Source of the DNA: Mobula hypostoma
Taxonomy: Eukaryota
Assembly (NCBI RefSeq): GCF_963921235.1
Contig: NC_086108.1
Coordinates: 43,278,001 to 43,342,000 of the forward strand
Length of the DNA: 64,000 nt
Reading direction: 5' to 3'
The position numbers and the translations under genes were made by a program. Every line of letters begins with the position of its first letter. Position 1 is the stretch's first letter. Below the pieces are notes generated by a model. It saw only the letters and a program-made list of their open reading frames with translations, was not told the origin of the DNA and ran no database searches. Below, one piece after another: positions 38,153 to 51,087 of this stretch.

Positions 38153-39496
38153 GTGAGTGATGCGTGGAGTTAGTCTCCGCTGTAAATCTCTCGGTTGGGC
38201 CTGTGCTGCTTCGCGCTGTCTGCATGGCTTTGGGCCCGAGTGCGGAAATCTACCGATAATATTGTTTGAACTCAAATCAGAGGTTGGAGTGCGAAATAAA
38301 GCGGTCGGTCTCAGGCGGAATATTACCTCGTCTCGATTCTCGACCCATTAATTTAGTGTGTGCTTGATATTGGTCAATTAGAGCTATTAATGATAATTTG
38401 ATGTCTGACAGCTAGCGGGAAATAAACCTAGTACTGGTCGGCCATGCATATGTATTTCTGCCCGGGTTTCGAGAGATGAAGGGACTCTGGATTTGGGGCT
38501 TCTGCGTTGCCTGTTTGCAAAAATCTCAATATCGCTGCCTTTCTCTATCCTCCGCCGCACCCCCCCACCCCCCACAAGATCGATAATAATACCATAAAGG
38601 GGAGTCGGGTGGCTATTAGGGCACTTCATGCGGTTACGAATTGACTAATAGGAAACTCCAATCCTGTTATGATGTTTCTTAATGTATTTCACAGGTCTTT
38701 TTACCTAATAAAGACCCGTATCGTTTATGGGTAGCTTGCGAATATATCAGTGATTGTTAACAAATGTCACGTGTATTGATATGCCTGCCATGATTCAGGA
38801 GGTAGTTTTGACTCGAATTGGATTGTGGATTTGCTCTCCTGAAGTCTCCCATGAAGTCAACTTATGTGTCTACATTGACACCCAGTTATAGAGTAATAAA
38901 ATCATACATGCAGAAACAAGTCGTTCAACCCAATGACTTTATGCGAACCATCCAACACCAACCCCCAACAGAATTTGGGTTAGTTGATGGGAATAAGGGA
39001 GAATGGAATGGCTTGCAGTAGGATTAGTGTTCGACCATTTGTGTAAGCTTGGGCTGAAGAAGCTGTTTTGTGTAGTATTCCTATGATTTTTTTAAAAATC
39101 TACTCTAGATTAAGCTATACATTCCTTTATAATTGAAGTGTAACCTCTTAAGGTTAATACCACATATAATAAAGGATCACATTGTTGTCCTTCCTCATTA
39201 ATTGGCATACTTAGATTCTAGCCTTTTGCAAATCTTCACTAGGACACACAGACCCCTTTGTCATTACAAGGCTTGACAATCTCTCACAATTAAGATCATT
39301 GGTCTGCTTTCTTGTCAACATTAACAGTTTTTACAGTGTCCCACGGTGTATTCCAGTTGATAAATTTTGCACACGGACTTGACCTGTGTCGATCAACTGC
39401 CTGGAACATTCAAGGACATGAAACAACTCCCAAATATCAAAAGTATAGTGTAATTAATTGGTCTTATTTAAGCTTAAAAACTTAACCTGGAACTAA

Positions 39497-40250
39497 GCAA
39501 CACACAAAATTCTAGAGGAAATCAGCAGGTCAGGTATCATCTATGGAAATGAATAAACAGTCAACATTTCGGACCAAGACCCTTCTTCAGGACTGGAAAG
39601 GAAAGGAGAAGATGTCAGAATAAAAAGATAAGGAAGTGGAAAGGAGGATAGCTAGAAGGTGATAGGTGAAGCCATGTTGGCAGGAAAGGGGAGAGAAAGG
39701 AATCTGATGGGAGAGGAGAGTGGATCTTAGGAGAAACGGAAGGAGGAGGGGACCAAGGTTGAAGGAGATAGGCAGGTGAGAAATGGTAAAGGCCTGAATT
39801 GGGAATAGAGGAAGAAGGGAAGGGGAGAGGGAATTTCTTTTTGTCAGAAGGAGAATTCTATATTCATACCATCAGGTTGCAAGCTACCCAGACTGAATAA
39901 AAGGTGTTGTTCCTCCACCCTGAGGGTGGCCTCATCATGGCACAAGAGGAGGTCGGGGTCAGAATGGGAATTAAAATGTTTGGCACCGGAAAGTTTCACT
40001 TGTGGCGGATGGAGTGGGGGTGCTCGACGAAGCAGTCCCCAATTTATGACAGGTCTCACCAATGTAGAGGAGGCTGCATTGGGAGCACCGGACACAATAG
40101 CTGACCCTAGCAGATTCACAGGGGAAGTGATGCCTCACATGGAAGGACTGTTTGGGACCCTGAATGGAAGTGAAGGAGGAGGTGAATGGGCAGGTGTAGC
40201 ACTTTGGCTGCTTGCAGGGATAAGTGCCAGGAGGGAGATTAGTGGGGAGA
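39497..40250 (-). mobile_element. Penelope-like element 3' part (GIY-YIG remnant plus pLTR)
   Basis: - strand ORF ...HFNSHSD...DEATLRVEEQHLLFSLGSLQPDGMNIEF (39844-40119) and pLTR at ~39500-39600. Confidence 0.88.
39558..39595 (-). ncRNA. Minimal hammerhead-like motif
   Basis: CAGUC-CUGAAGA-AGGGUCUUGGUCC-GAAAU-GUU^GACUG; 5-bp stem I and core retained, stem III palindrome altered. Confidence 0.5.
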
Positions 40251-40874
40251 GATGAATGAACAAAGGAATCACAGAGGGAGTGATCCCTGTGGAAAGCAGA
40301 GGGGTGGATGTTTGGTGGTAGGATCCTTTTGGAGATGGCAGAAATTGCAGATGATGATGTTTTAGATGCAGATTTTAGGTAAGAAGAGGAACTCTATTAC
40401 AATTAAGGTGGGTGGATTGGCCCTCAGCAGATTTCTCCCTTGCAATTGAGTTTTACATTTATTTTATTATAGTTGTTGCTACTATGGTTATGCCTTCATC
40501 TGAGAGTATTCATTATTCCATTCTCTTTATAGAACAGTAATACCTGATCTCACTTTGTCTCCAGAATGTGTAGTTCAAGGAAAGTATCCCAAAAAAGCTT
40601 GATGAGCTCCTGTTTTAGGTTATCTTTTCTATGCTGAATCATGGCAGACACGTCAATACATGTGATATTTGTAGAATAAAATTCCCCTACTCCCCAAATA
40701 TCACTTTTTTACAATCTGTTCAACTGTGTAGTTATTGTTATAGGGCCTGTATAATGTACCCAAACAATTTCTACAACCTGAATCTGTTACACTTGACCAT
40801 CAATAATTAACAGAATAATTTCTGTATCGTTTCCTTGCTTCCTTTCCTCTTTAGATGCCAAACCCTTCAATATT

Positions 40875-43160
40875 AAAAGTTCAAAGTAAATTTATTGTCT
40901 AAAGTACATGTATGTTATCATATACAACTGTGAGATTCATTTTTGTGTAAAGAATCACAGTAAATACAAGAAACACAATAGAATCAATGAAAGACCGCAC
41001 CCAACAGGATGGACAGACAACCAGTATGTAAAAGACAACAAACCGTCAGAATGCAAAAAGAAAAGAATAAAATAAACAATAAATATCAAGAACATGAGAT
41101 GAAGAGTTCTTGAAAGTGAGTCCATAGGTTATGGGAACAGCTCAGTGATGGGACAGGTGAAGTTGAGCAAAGTTATCCCCTCTGGTTCAAGAGGCTGATG
41201 GTTGACTGTTCTTGAACCTGGTGGAGTAGGTCCTGAGGCTCCTGAATCTCCTACCAGGTAGCAGCGAGAAAAGTGTATGGCTTGGATGGTTAGTGGTGGT
41301 GGTGGGGGGGGGGGGGGTTCCTTTGGCTTCTGCTCTCCTGAGACAGTACTCCATATGTGCTCAATAGTGGGGAGGGCTTTACTTATGATGGACTGGACTG
41401 TATCCACTACATTTTGTAGGATATTCTGTTCAAAGGCATTGCTGTTTTCATACCAGGCTGTGATGCAGCCAGTAAATGGACTCTCCACCACACATCTATA
41501 GAGGTCATGCCAAATCAACACAAACTCCTAAGGAAGTAGAGGTGCTGCCGTGCTTTCTTTGTAATGGCACTTGTGTGCTGGACCCAGGACAGATCGTCTA
41601 AAATGATAACACCAAGGAATTTAAAGTTGCTGACTGTCCACCTCTGAACCCAAATGAGGTGGGACTCATTGACCTCTGAATTTTCTCCTCCTCAAGTCAC
41701 TGATCTGCTCCTTGGTCTTGCTGACATTGAGTGAGAGGTTGTTGTTGTGGCACCACTTGGCCAGATTTTCAATCTCCCTCCTATATATTGATTTATTACC
41801 ACCTTTGATTCGGTCATTGACAGCAAACTTAAATATGGCATTGGAGCTGTGCTTAGCCTCATAAGTATAAAGTGAGTAGAGCAGGGGGCTAAGCTGACAG
41901 CCTTGTGTTGCACCTGCACTGATAGTGATCATAGAGGAGATGTCGTTGCTAACCTGAGCTGACTGGGGTCTGCAAGTGAGGAAATCGAGCATCCAGTTGC
42001 ACAAGGAAGCATTGAGGCCCAGGTCTTGAAGCTTATTGGTAAATTTTGAGGGGATAATAGTACTGAATGCTGAACTGTAGTCAATGAAGAGCATCCTGAT
42101 ATAAGCATCATCACGGTCCAGATGTTTCAGGATTGAGTGGAAGAGACGATGACCTGGCATCTGCTGTTGATATGTTATAATGACAGGCTAATTAGAGCTG
42201 ATCCAAGTCACCTCTCAGGCAGGAGTTGATGTGTTTCATCACCAACATCTCAAAGTGGATGTACAGTAAGTGTGACTGGACAATAGTCATTAAGGCAGGT
42301 AACCGTGTTCTTCTTAGGCACTGGTATAATTGAAGCCTGTTTGAAGAAGGTGGTACCTCAGACTGCTGAAGCAAGTCATTAAAGATATCAGTGAGCACTC
42401 TAGCCATTTGATCAGCACAGGTCTTTGGTACTCGACCTGAAATCCTTGCTGGCCCGGATGCTTTTTGTGGGTTCACACTCCTGAAGGATGCTCTGACATT
42501 GGCTTTTGAGACAGAAATCTCAGGTCATCGGGGGACTGTGGCAGTTTAAAAAGATACCTCCATGTTTTGATGGTCAAAGGGAGCATAGAAGGTGTGAGCT
42601 CATGTGGGAGTAAACCCTTGTTGTCACCTATGTTGCTTGGTTTCTCTTTGTAGGAGATGATGGCATTCATGTCCTGCCACAGAAGTAGAGTATCCTTCAG
42701 TGATGCAAGTGTGGTCTGTTATTGCCACTTCACATGTGAGATGGCTTTCTGGAAATTGTACCTAGACTACTTGTATTTTACTTGTTTGGCAGACTTGAAT
42801 GCCACTGATCTGGCCCTCAGCAGATTTCGGATCTCATGGTTCATCGGGGCTTCTGGTTGGGGAAGACGGAATAATTTTGTGGAGACGCACTCATCTACAA
42901 CTGTTCTTATAATATCTATGACAACTGTGGTGTATTCGTTCAGATCCTCTGATGAGTCCTTGAACAAGGCCCAGTCCACCGACTCACTACAATCCCATAG
43001 CCGCTCCTTTGCCTCCTATGACCACCTCTTCATTGTCCTTACTTCTGGAGCATTGCTCTTCAGCGTCTGTCTGTATACAGGTAGGAGGAGGGCAACCAAA
43101 TGATCTAATTTCCCAAAATGCACTCTAGGAATTGAACGGTAGGCATTCCTTATGGTAGTA
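40875..43160 (-). mobile_element. Rex/Babar-like LINE
   Basis: [14 protein letters not shown]...[17 protein letters not shown] (41666-42160) and KASGP; 3' UTR with TTTGAAC tail near 40880. Confidence 0.85.
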
Positions 43161-43242
43161 TCTGCCCCAGTCTATATATCTCTTGCAACCATGTCTCTGT
43201 CAGTGCTATCAGATCGTATTGGTATATTGAACTTTTAATATG

Positions 43243-44266
43243 TGGTACTGTGCAAAAATCTTGGGCATATGTAAAATATTCTGTAAAGTGAAACTACTTT
43301 CAAAAATTATGAAATGAAAAATTTCTAAATATCAAGAAGTTACTATAATGAGCAGTAAACAGTCATGAACTACAAACGTTTGTAGATAAAATCAATATTT
43401 GGTGTGACCATCATTTGCTTTTAAAACTGCATCAATTCTCTTAGTTGCACTGTTCTGCAGTTTTATAAGAAAACTGGTGCAGGATGACCACCTTGTGTCA
43501 TGTTGTTTAGCTTACTATTGCCATGGTGCAAGGATTGACGGCTTGAAGGTTAAACTGTCACATCTGCCGCACCTTCACCTTTTAGTGTGGTTTGATTTTA
43601 TCTGCACTCATTTCTGTTTCAGTTAATCTGTTTAGTTCATTCAAGTCATTGTTATTGATCATTAGCATCCTGTGTTTACCATACGACCATAGATAAAGGA
43701 GCAGAATTAGGCCATTTGGCCCATTGTTGGCTGATCCATTTTGCCATCACCCCTGTATTCCTTCATGCCCTGACCAATCAAGAATCTATCAACCTCTGCT
43801 TAAATATACATAAACACTTGGCCTCCACAGCTGCCTGTGGCAATGAATTCCACAGATTTACCCCTCTCTGGCTAAAGGAATTCTGCATCTCCATTCCAAA
43901 AAGACGCCACTCTATTCAGAGGCTCTGTCCTCTAGTCTTAGACACTGCCACCTAGGGAAATGTCCTTACCAAATCCACTCCATCAAGGCCTTTCACCATT
44001 TGATAGGTTTCAATGACATCACCCCTCATTCTTCTGAATAATCATCCACTGGGCTTTATACCTACAAAGTAACTTTTTATTTGAAAAGCAGCCTATTACT
44101 TAATGTGTTACTTTCTTTAATGAAATGTAAAAAGTTCTCTAACATTTAATTTTTGGGAAAATGAATGCTTGAAAATCTAACATTTGTTCTTTCCTACTGA
44201 CACACTAATGCGGTAAGCAAAATTTATATAAAAATCTAGGGTGCCTAAGACTTTAACATAGTACTA
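43243..44266 (-). mobile_element. Tc1-like element (family of 24826-25238) containing a CR1 3' fragment (~43680-44040)
   Basis: Degenerate TIRs TGGTACTGTGCAAAAATCTTGGGCA and GTGCCTAAGACTTTAACATAGTACTA; internal sequence is the reverse complement of 25010-25230. Confidence 0.75.
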
Positions 44267-44289
44267 TAAATGCAGGTAGTTGAATGAAT

Positions 44290-45249
44290 GTCCGACAGAG
44301 TGATCAGCAGCACTGGGGCTCCTCAGGGGACTGTCTTGTCTCCCTTTCTCTTCACCATTTACACCTCGGACTTCAACTACTGCACGGAGTCTTGTCATCT
44401 TCAGAAGTTTTCTGATGACTCTGCCATAGTTGGATGCATCAGCAAGGGAGATGAGGCTGAGCACAGGGCTACGGGTGTGAGCAGAATTATCTGCAGCTTA
44501 ATGTGAAAAAGACTAAGGAGCTGGTGGTAGACCGGAGGAGAGCTAAGGTACCGGTGACCCCTGTTTCCATCCAGGGGGTCAGTGTGGACATGGAGGATTA
44601 CAAATACCTGGGGATACGAATTGACAATAAACTGGACTGGTCAAAGAACACTGAGGCTGTCTACAAGAAGGGCCAGAGTCGTCTCTATTTCCTGAGGAGA
44701 ATGAGGTCCTTTAACATCTGTCGGACGATGCTGAGGATGTTCTACGAGTCTGTGGTTGCCAGTCCTATCATGTTTGCTGTTGTGTGCTGGGCCAGCAGGC
44801 TGAGGGTGGCAGACACCAACAGAATCAACAAACTCATTCGTAAGGCCAGTGATGTTGTGGGGATGGAACTGGACTCTCTGACGGTGGTATCTGAAAAGAG
44901 GATGCTGTCTAAGTTGCATGCCATCTTGGTCAATGTCTCCCATCCACTACATAATGTACTGGGTGGGCACAGGAGTACATTCAGCCAGAGACTCATTCCA
45001 CCGAGATGCAGCACTGAGCGTCATAGGAAGTCATTCCTGCCTGTGGCCATCAAACTTTACAACTCCTCCCTTGGAGGGTCAGACACCCTGAGCCGATAGG
45101 CTGGTCCTGGACTTATTTTCATAATTTACTGGCATAAATTACATATTACTATTTAACTATTTATGGTTCTATTACTATTTATTATTTATGGAGCAACTGT
45201 AACGAAAACCAATTTCCCCCGGGATTAATAAAGTATGATTATGACTATG
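44290..45249 (+). mobile_element. Young 5'-truncated Rex/Babar-like LINE
   Basis: GAPQGTVLSPFLFTIYTSDF...KFSDDS, YKYLG..IDNKLDW, SRLYFLRR; 3' end AATAAAG(TATGAC)n at 45227-45249. Confidence 0.88.
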
Positions 45250-45266
45250 GCACTTTCATTTTCCAG

Positions 45267-45367
45267 GGAGGACAGATTTTACGTGTTTGTACAGCACTAA
45301 GTTGCCTTCTTGGAACCAAGATAAAAATCCATAATATTCGAGCAGGGAGAAGCACACCTGGCCTACG
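45267..45367 (+). CDS. RTCA: RTCA exon 2
   Basis: ttttccag|GGA...CTA CG|gtaagt; 101 nt; [33 protein letters not shown](R), the RtcA signature. Confidence 0.97.
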
Positions 45368-45769
45368 GTAAGTATTCACAGCTTATTTGATCAGTTTTTT
45401 GCCTCCCCATCAAACTCTTTTAAAAGACCATGGAGTCATAGAGTAGCACAGAAGCAGGCTTTCTGGCCCATCTAGTCTGTGCCGAACTATTATTTTGCCA
45501 AGTACCATTGACCTGCACATGGACCAGAGTCTTCCATTCTCCTTCCATCCACTTGCTTGTCTAGACTTCTCTTAGATGTGTTAATTTGAACCTGCATCCA
45601 ACACTACTTTTGGCAGCTTGTTTCACACTCTTGTCACTCTCTGGGTGAAGACAATCTCTCCACCCCCCACCTCCAGCTTAAAAATTTCACCTTTCACCCT
45701 TAACCTATGACCTCTAGTTTTAGTCTCACCTACTCTTTGCTTCTCTGGAAGACTACATAGGTCCGTAAG

Positions 45770-46325
45770 AGAGGAGATGGTTGTATTGGGAAAGTGCCAA
45801 GGGCATGGGGAGGGACAGTCTGGAGTGATGAATAGACCAGGGGGTCAGAAAGGGAGTGCTCTGCAGTAAGTTCAAAGAGTGGGGAGGGAGGTGCGACTGG
45901 TGGTGGAATTGTGGAGCTGCTGAAAATGCTGGAGGATGATATATTGGATGTGGAGATTGGTGAGTGACAGATGAGAATGAAGGGACCTCTGTTGTTCTGC
46001 CTAGAGAGGATGAGTGAGAGCAAAAGTGTGGAAATGGAGGAAATGTGTGTGAGGGCTCTATCCCCTATTGGGCAGGGTTTGCCACATTTCTGGAAGGAGG
46101 ACTTTTCAGAAAGCCTGGAGAAAAAGACCACATCTTCAGAAAAGATGTGGCTGAAATGGAGAAATTAGAAAAGGGATAGCATCTTTCAGAGACAGGATGG
46201 GAGGAAGTCACGGTAACAAAAGGAGTCAATATGCATCTTGTGCTACCACTGATGCTGCCTGTTGAGTTCTTACAGCATTCAGTTTTCTGTTTCATATTCC
46301 AGCGTCTGCAGTCTCTTTTGTTTCT
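45770..46325. mobile_element. Old Penelope remnant (coding piece on - strand, pLTR tail on + strand)
   Basis: - strand SSHPVSE..YPFSNF resembles the PLE RT C-terminus; + strand GATGCTGCCTG..GAGTT...CAGCGTCTGCAGTCTC is the pLTR end. Confidence 0.55.
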
Positions 46326-46989
46326 CTTTAATGTCTATTAGCCATTTGCATCTTAAATTTCTTGTCTATTTCCCCTTTAAATTATTGTTATCTTTGCTGC
46401 TATGACTTATTAAGGATAGGTCATTTGGTCCTTTGCTCCACCATTCATCAAGGTCATGGCTGTTCTCCTAATTTTCCTAGATGATTAACATACCTTTGAT
46501 TCACATACTGTCAAGAAATCTTTTGATCTGTTTTGAATAAACTCAATATCTGCATGGAAAATTACAAAGATTCAACATCCTTTGCATGAAAAAAAATTTT
46601 GCCCCATCTTATTGCTTTTCCTTGCTAGTAATTTAATCAGGAAATATCCTCCCTGCATCCAGCCAGTCAAGCATTCTGTGAATTTCAATGTAATTGCCTT
46701 TAATTATTTCTAAACTTTACAGAATATGGGCACAGTGAACCATTCTAGTGAATATTTCCCTCCTTGGGAGGAATATTCTTTTTCTTGAAAAAGGACATTA
46801 AAAATATAACCAGACCGTTACTATCTCTCATCCATCTTCTAAAGTCAAGTTCTGCTTTACTTTTAATTACATTAGGAGATAAAGTAGGCACTTGGCTTCT
46901 TGAGCCTGCTCGGAATTTCATGGTTGTCTTCTATTTAACACCATCTTTCTGCCTTATCCCTTGATTCATCAAACAATCAACACCGATTG

Positions 46990-49552
46990 GGGTTGGAAGT
47001 GCCCACGTAGGACACCTCGGAGGAAGCGTGGGTGTAGATCAGGGTTACAGGTGCGTTTAAGGAAACGGTTTTAAACCCCCTATACCGACTATTTTGCTGG
47101 CGAACATGCAGTCTCTGCTGAATAAAATCGATAATCTCAGAGCCAGGGTGCTGAATCAGAGGGAAATTAGGACCGCGTGTGTCCTTTGTTACATGGAATC
47201 CTGGTTAACCCCTTCCATCCTCGATGCAGCGATCCAGATTGACGGGTTTACTATACACCGTTAGGATAGATCTATAGAGTCTCTCAAAAGCAGAGGTAGG
47301 GGGGTATACTTCATGATCAACTGTTCCTGGTGCACAAATATATCAGTGCTGTCTCAATTCTGCTCACCAGACCTGGAATATCCGGCAGTAAAGTGCCGTC
47401 CTTTTTACCTACCAAGACAGTTCTCTGGGATCATTTTGGTAGCCAATGTCAAAGCAGGCTTTAGAAGATCTGAGTAACGGGATCAATATGCACAAAACAG
47501 TACACCCTAACGCCTTCACCATTGTTTTGGGAGATTTTAACCAGGCTAGTCTGGAAAAAAAATCACTAAGCAACTACCATCAACAGATCACTTGCAATAC
47601 CAGAGGAAACAACACACTGGACCATTGATACACCACCATAAAATGCCTACTATGCTATTCTATGTCCTCACTTCGGGAAGTCTGATCATTTAGCTGTACT
47701 TCTACTCCCTGAATATAAGCAGAGACTGAAGACTGCAGCACCAGCAGTGAGGACCAAGAAGGTATGCATGGCAACTCTGGCAGGGTCTGCAAGACATTAC
47801 TTCCTACAAAGCAAAACCCAATAGTATGAATGGCAGCGATGCTTCACTACCAGATGAACTCAACGCCTCCTATGCATGCTTTGAAAGGGAGAACACAACT
47901 ATGGCTGTGAAGATCCCTGCTGCACCTGATGACCCTGTGATTTCCATTTCAGAGACCGATGTTAGACTGTCTTTAAAGAGAGTGAACCCTCGCAAGGCGG
48001 AAGATCCCGATGGAGTACCTGGTAAGGCTCTGAAAACCTGTGCCAAACAACTAGTGGGAGTATTCAAGGACATTTTCAATCTCTCACTGCTACGGGCAGA
48101 AGTTCCCACTTGCTTCAAAAAGGCAACGATTATACCAGTGCTTAAGAAGAATAATGTGGGCTGCCTTAATGACTGTTGCCCGGTAGCACTCACTATTTTC
48201 TATGTTTCTATGTTTCTACATCGACAGTAATGAAATGCTTTGAGAGATTGGTCATGACTAGACTGAACTCTTACCTCAGCAAGGACCTGGACCCATTGCG
48301 ATTTGCCTATTGCTACAATAGGTCAACAGCAGACGCAATCTAAATGGCTCTTCACACGGCTTTAGACCACCTGGACGACACAAACATCTACGTCAGGATA
48401 CTGTTCACTGACTATAGCTCAGCACTTAATACCATCATTCCCACAATCTTGATTGAGAAGTTGCAGAACCTGGGCTTCTGTACCTCCCTCTACAATTGGA
48501 TCCTCGACTTCCTAACCCGAAGACAACAATCTGTGCAGATTGGTGATAACATATCTTCCTCACTAATGATCAACACTGGTGCACCTCAGGGGTGTGTGCT
48601 TAGCTCACTGCTCTATTCTCTATATACACATGACTATGTGGCTAGGTATAGCTCAAATACCATCTATAAATTTGCTGACAATACAACCATCGCTGGTAGA
48701 ATCTCAGGTAGTGACGAGAGGGCGTATAGGAGTGAGATAACAACCTGGCACTCAACGTCAGTAAGACGAAAGAGCTGATTGTGGAATTCAGGAAGGTTAA
48801 GATGAAGGGACATATTCCAATCCTCATAGAGGGATCAGAAGTGGAGAGAGTGAGCAGCTTCAAGTTCCTGGGTGTCAAGATCTCTGAGGATCTAACTTGG
48901 TCCCAAAATATCAATGTAGTTAGAAAGAAGGCAAGACAGTGGCTATATTTTATTAGGAGTTTGAAGAGATTAGGCATGTCAACAAATACACTAAAACTTC
49001 TATAGTTGTACAGTGGAAAGCATTCTGACAGGCTGAATCACTGGCTGGTATGGAGGGGCTATTGCACAGGACCGAAATAAGCTGCAGAAGGTTGTGAATC
49101 TGGTCAGCTCCATCTTGGGTACTAGCCTACAAAGTACCCAGGACATCTTTAGGGAGCGGTGTCTTGGAAAGGCAGCGTTCATGATTAAGGACGTCCAGTA
49201 CCCATGGCATGCCCTTTTCTCACTGTCACCATCAGGTAGGAGGTACAGAAGCCTGAAGGCACACACTCAGCAATTCAGGAGCAGCTTCTTCCCCTCTGTC
49301 GTCCGATTCCTAAATGGACATTGAAGCTTTGGACACTACCTCACTTTTTAAAAAAAATAGTATTTCTGTTTTTGTGCATTTTTAAAATCTAGTCAATATA
49401 CATAATTGATTTACTTGTTCATTATTATTATTTTTATTTTGTTTATTTTTTTTCTCTCTGCTAGGTTATGTATTGCATTGAACTATTGCTGCTAAGTTAA
49501 CAAATTTCACGTCACATTCCGGTAATAATAAATCTGACTCTGATTCTGATTC
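46990..49552 (+). mobile_element. Rex/Babar-like LINE (endonuclease plus RT, decayed)
   Basis: [45 protein letters not shown]; tail AATAAA(TCTGAT)n at ~49527-49552. Confidence 0.88.
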
Positions 49553-50453
49553 AGAAACTTGTTGATCACACACAAATAGATGGACCACATTTTCTGTGGG
49601 TTTTTGTGCCTTAGAGGAATAACATTTTCTGCAACTTCTGCCTCATTTCTTTAAATGAAAGCAATTGCCTGCCCACCTTTGTACCTTTCATTGTGTTTTC
49701 CCAATTAACCTACAGGCTGATATTATTGTTCCCTCGTACCTTTAAGACGGTATTTTCAGATTAATTGCATCACTTTCAAACTCAAGAATAATTTTATCAC
49801 ATTATGAATGTTGTCTTGTGTAAAGCCTCTGCAGCAAAATTATCAGTTAGCTCTTTCTTATGCACTAAATAACCTGAAAAATCTCCCTGGTTTCCCTAAG
49901 TGGTCACTAAGTTATTGATCTTAAAATATGATCTTGCATATATGTTATGAATTCATCCTCTATTTGCTGCTGATGTGACTTATCCAGTCTCTATGTAGAT
50001 AGAAGTCTCCCATTACAATTTTTATCTCTGTTTTTTGTAATCATTCTTAGTTTTCTAATAACCTGTTTGGTGGTGGTGAAAAAACTTTATTCTTCATTTC
50101 ATTCTCTGTCTGATGATTTATGCTCACTTAATGCCACTCGGATGGTTTGTGAACAATTCCCATTAGGTGAGAAACTTTAAAATATTTTGTCCTAGCTTTG
50201 GTTGTAGCACAAATGGCTGGTATTGGAAACTGGTGAACATTTAAATTGGTACAAAAATGGAGATATTTTCATGTATTAATCAGAGGCACCCAACTATGAT
50301 GGCCTTAATTTGTGGCTCTTATTCTGAAGATTGATTTGGATTCTAATTACCAATGTAATCTTCATGAACACACACATTTCTATGGGAAGACCTGAAAAAG
50401 TACAGTTCTTAATTGGTTAGCTGCTAAAACATATATTTTTTTAAAATTTTAAG

Positions 50454-50597
50454 GCCTCAGCATCTGTCAGGACTTGAGATGGTTCGTGATCTATGTGATG
50501 GTTGCCTTGAAGAAGCCAAAGTCGGTTCCACGGAAATATGTTTCTCTCCTGGTAAAATCAAAGGAGGTAACCATGTGGCAGATACAAAAACAGCTGG
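50454..50597 (+). CDS. RTCA: RTCA exon 3
   Basis: ttttaag|G CCT...GCT GG|gtaagc; 144 nt; [47 protein letters not shown](G). Confidence 0.97.
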
Positions 50598-50963
50598 GTA
50601 AGCATAGATAGGCATAGCTGCATTTTAATGAAGAGAAAAAATGTCTTGCTTTTATCTTTTACACTTTTAGGATCCCTGAATTTGAAGCCAATCTTTAGCA
50701 TCTGCAATTGATATTGAACATTATATCTTGCTCATCAGAAGAAAATGAATAAACAATTTATTTTTATTTTAATTTCTATGGCTTCTGATAAGTCTTAGCT
50801 TAGAAGTTTGTGAAAGGTCCAAATATTTAACTCAAACTGGTGACACTCTTTGAAGTTCCGATGTTTGATATTGTTAGGATTCACTGAGCATCTGAAAGTG
50901 GTAAGAAAGCTTCTGTCATGGCATCCTGGAATGCAAGGATCTTGGTCAGAGGAGGTGTTGGGT

Positions 50964-51087
50964 AAACACAAAATAATCTGCAGATGCTGGGGTCAAAGCA
51001 ACACTCACAACACGCTGGAGGAACTCAGCAGGTTGGGCAGCATCCGTGGAAAAGATCGGTTGACGTTTCGGGCCGGAACCCTTCGTC
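50964..51087 (-). mobile_element. Single-arm Penelope pLTR mini-insertion starting at the hammerhead core
   Basis: - strand begins (CCT)GACGAAGGGTTCCGGCCCGAAACGTC; 11-bp TSD AGGTGTTGGGT at 50953-50963 and 51088-51098. Confidence 0.87.
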
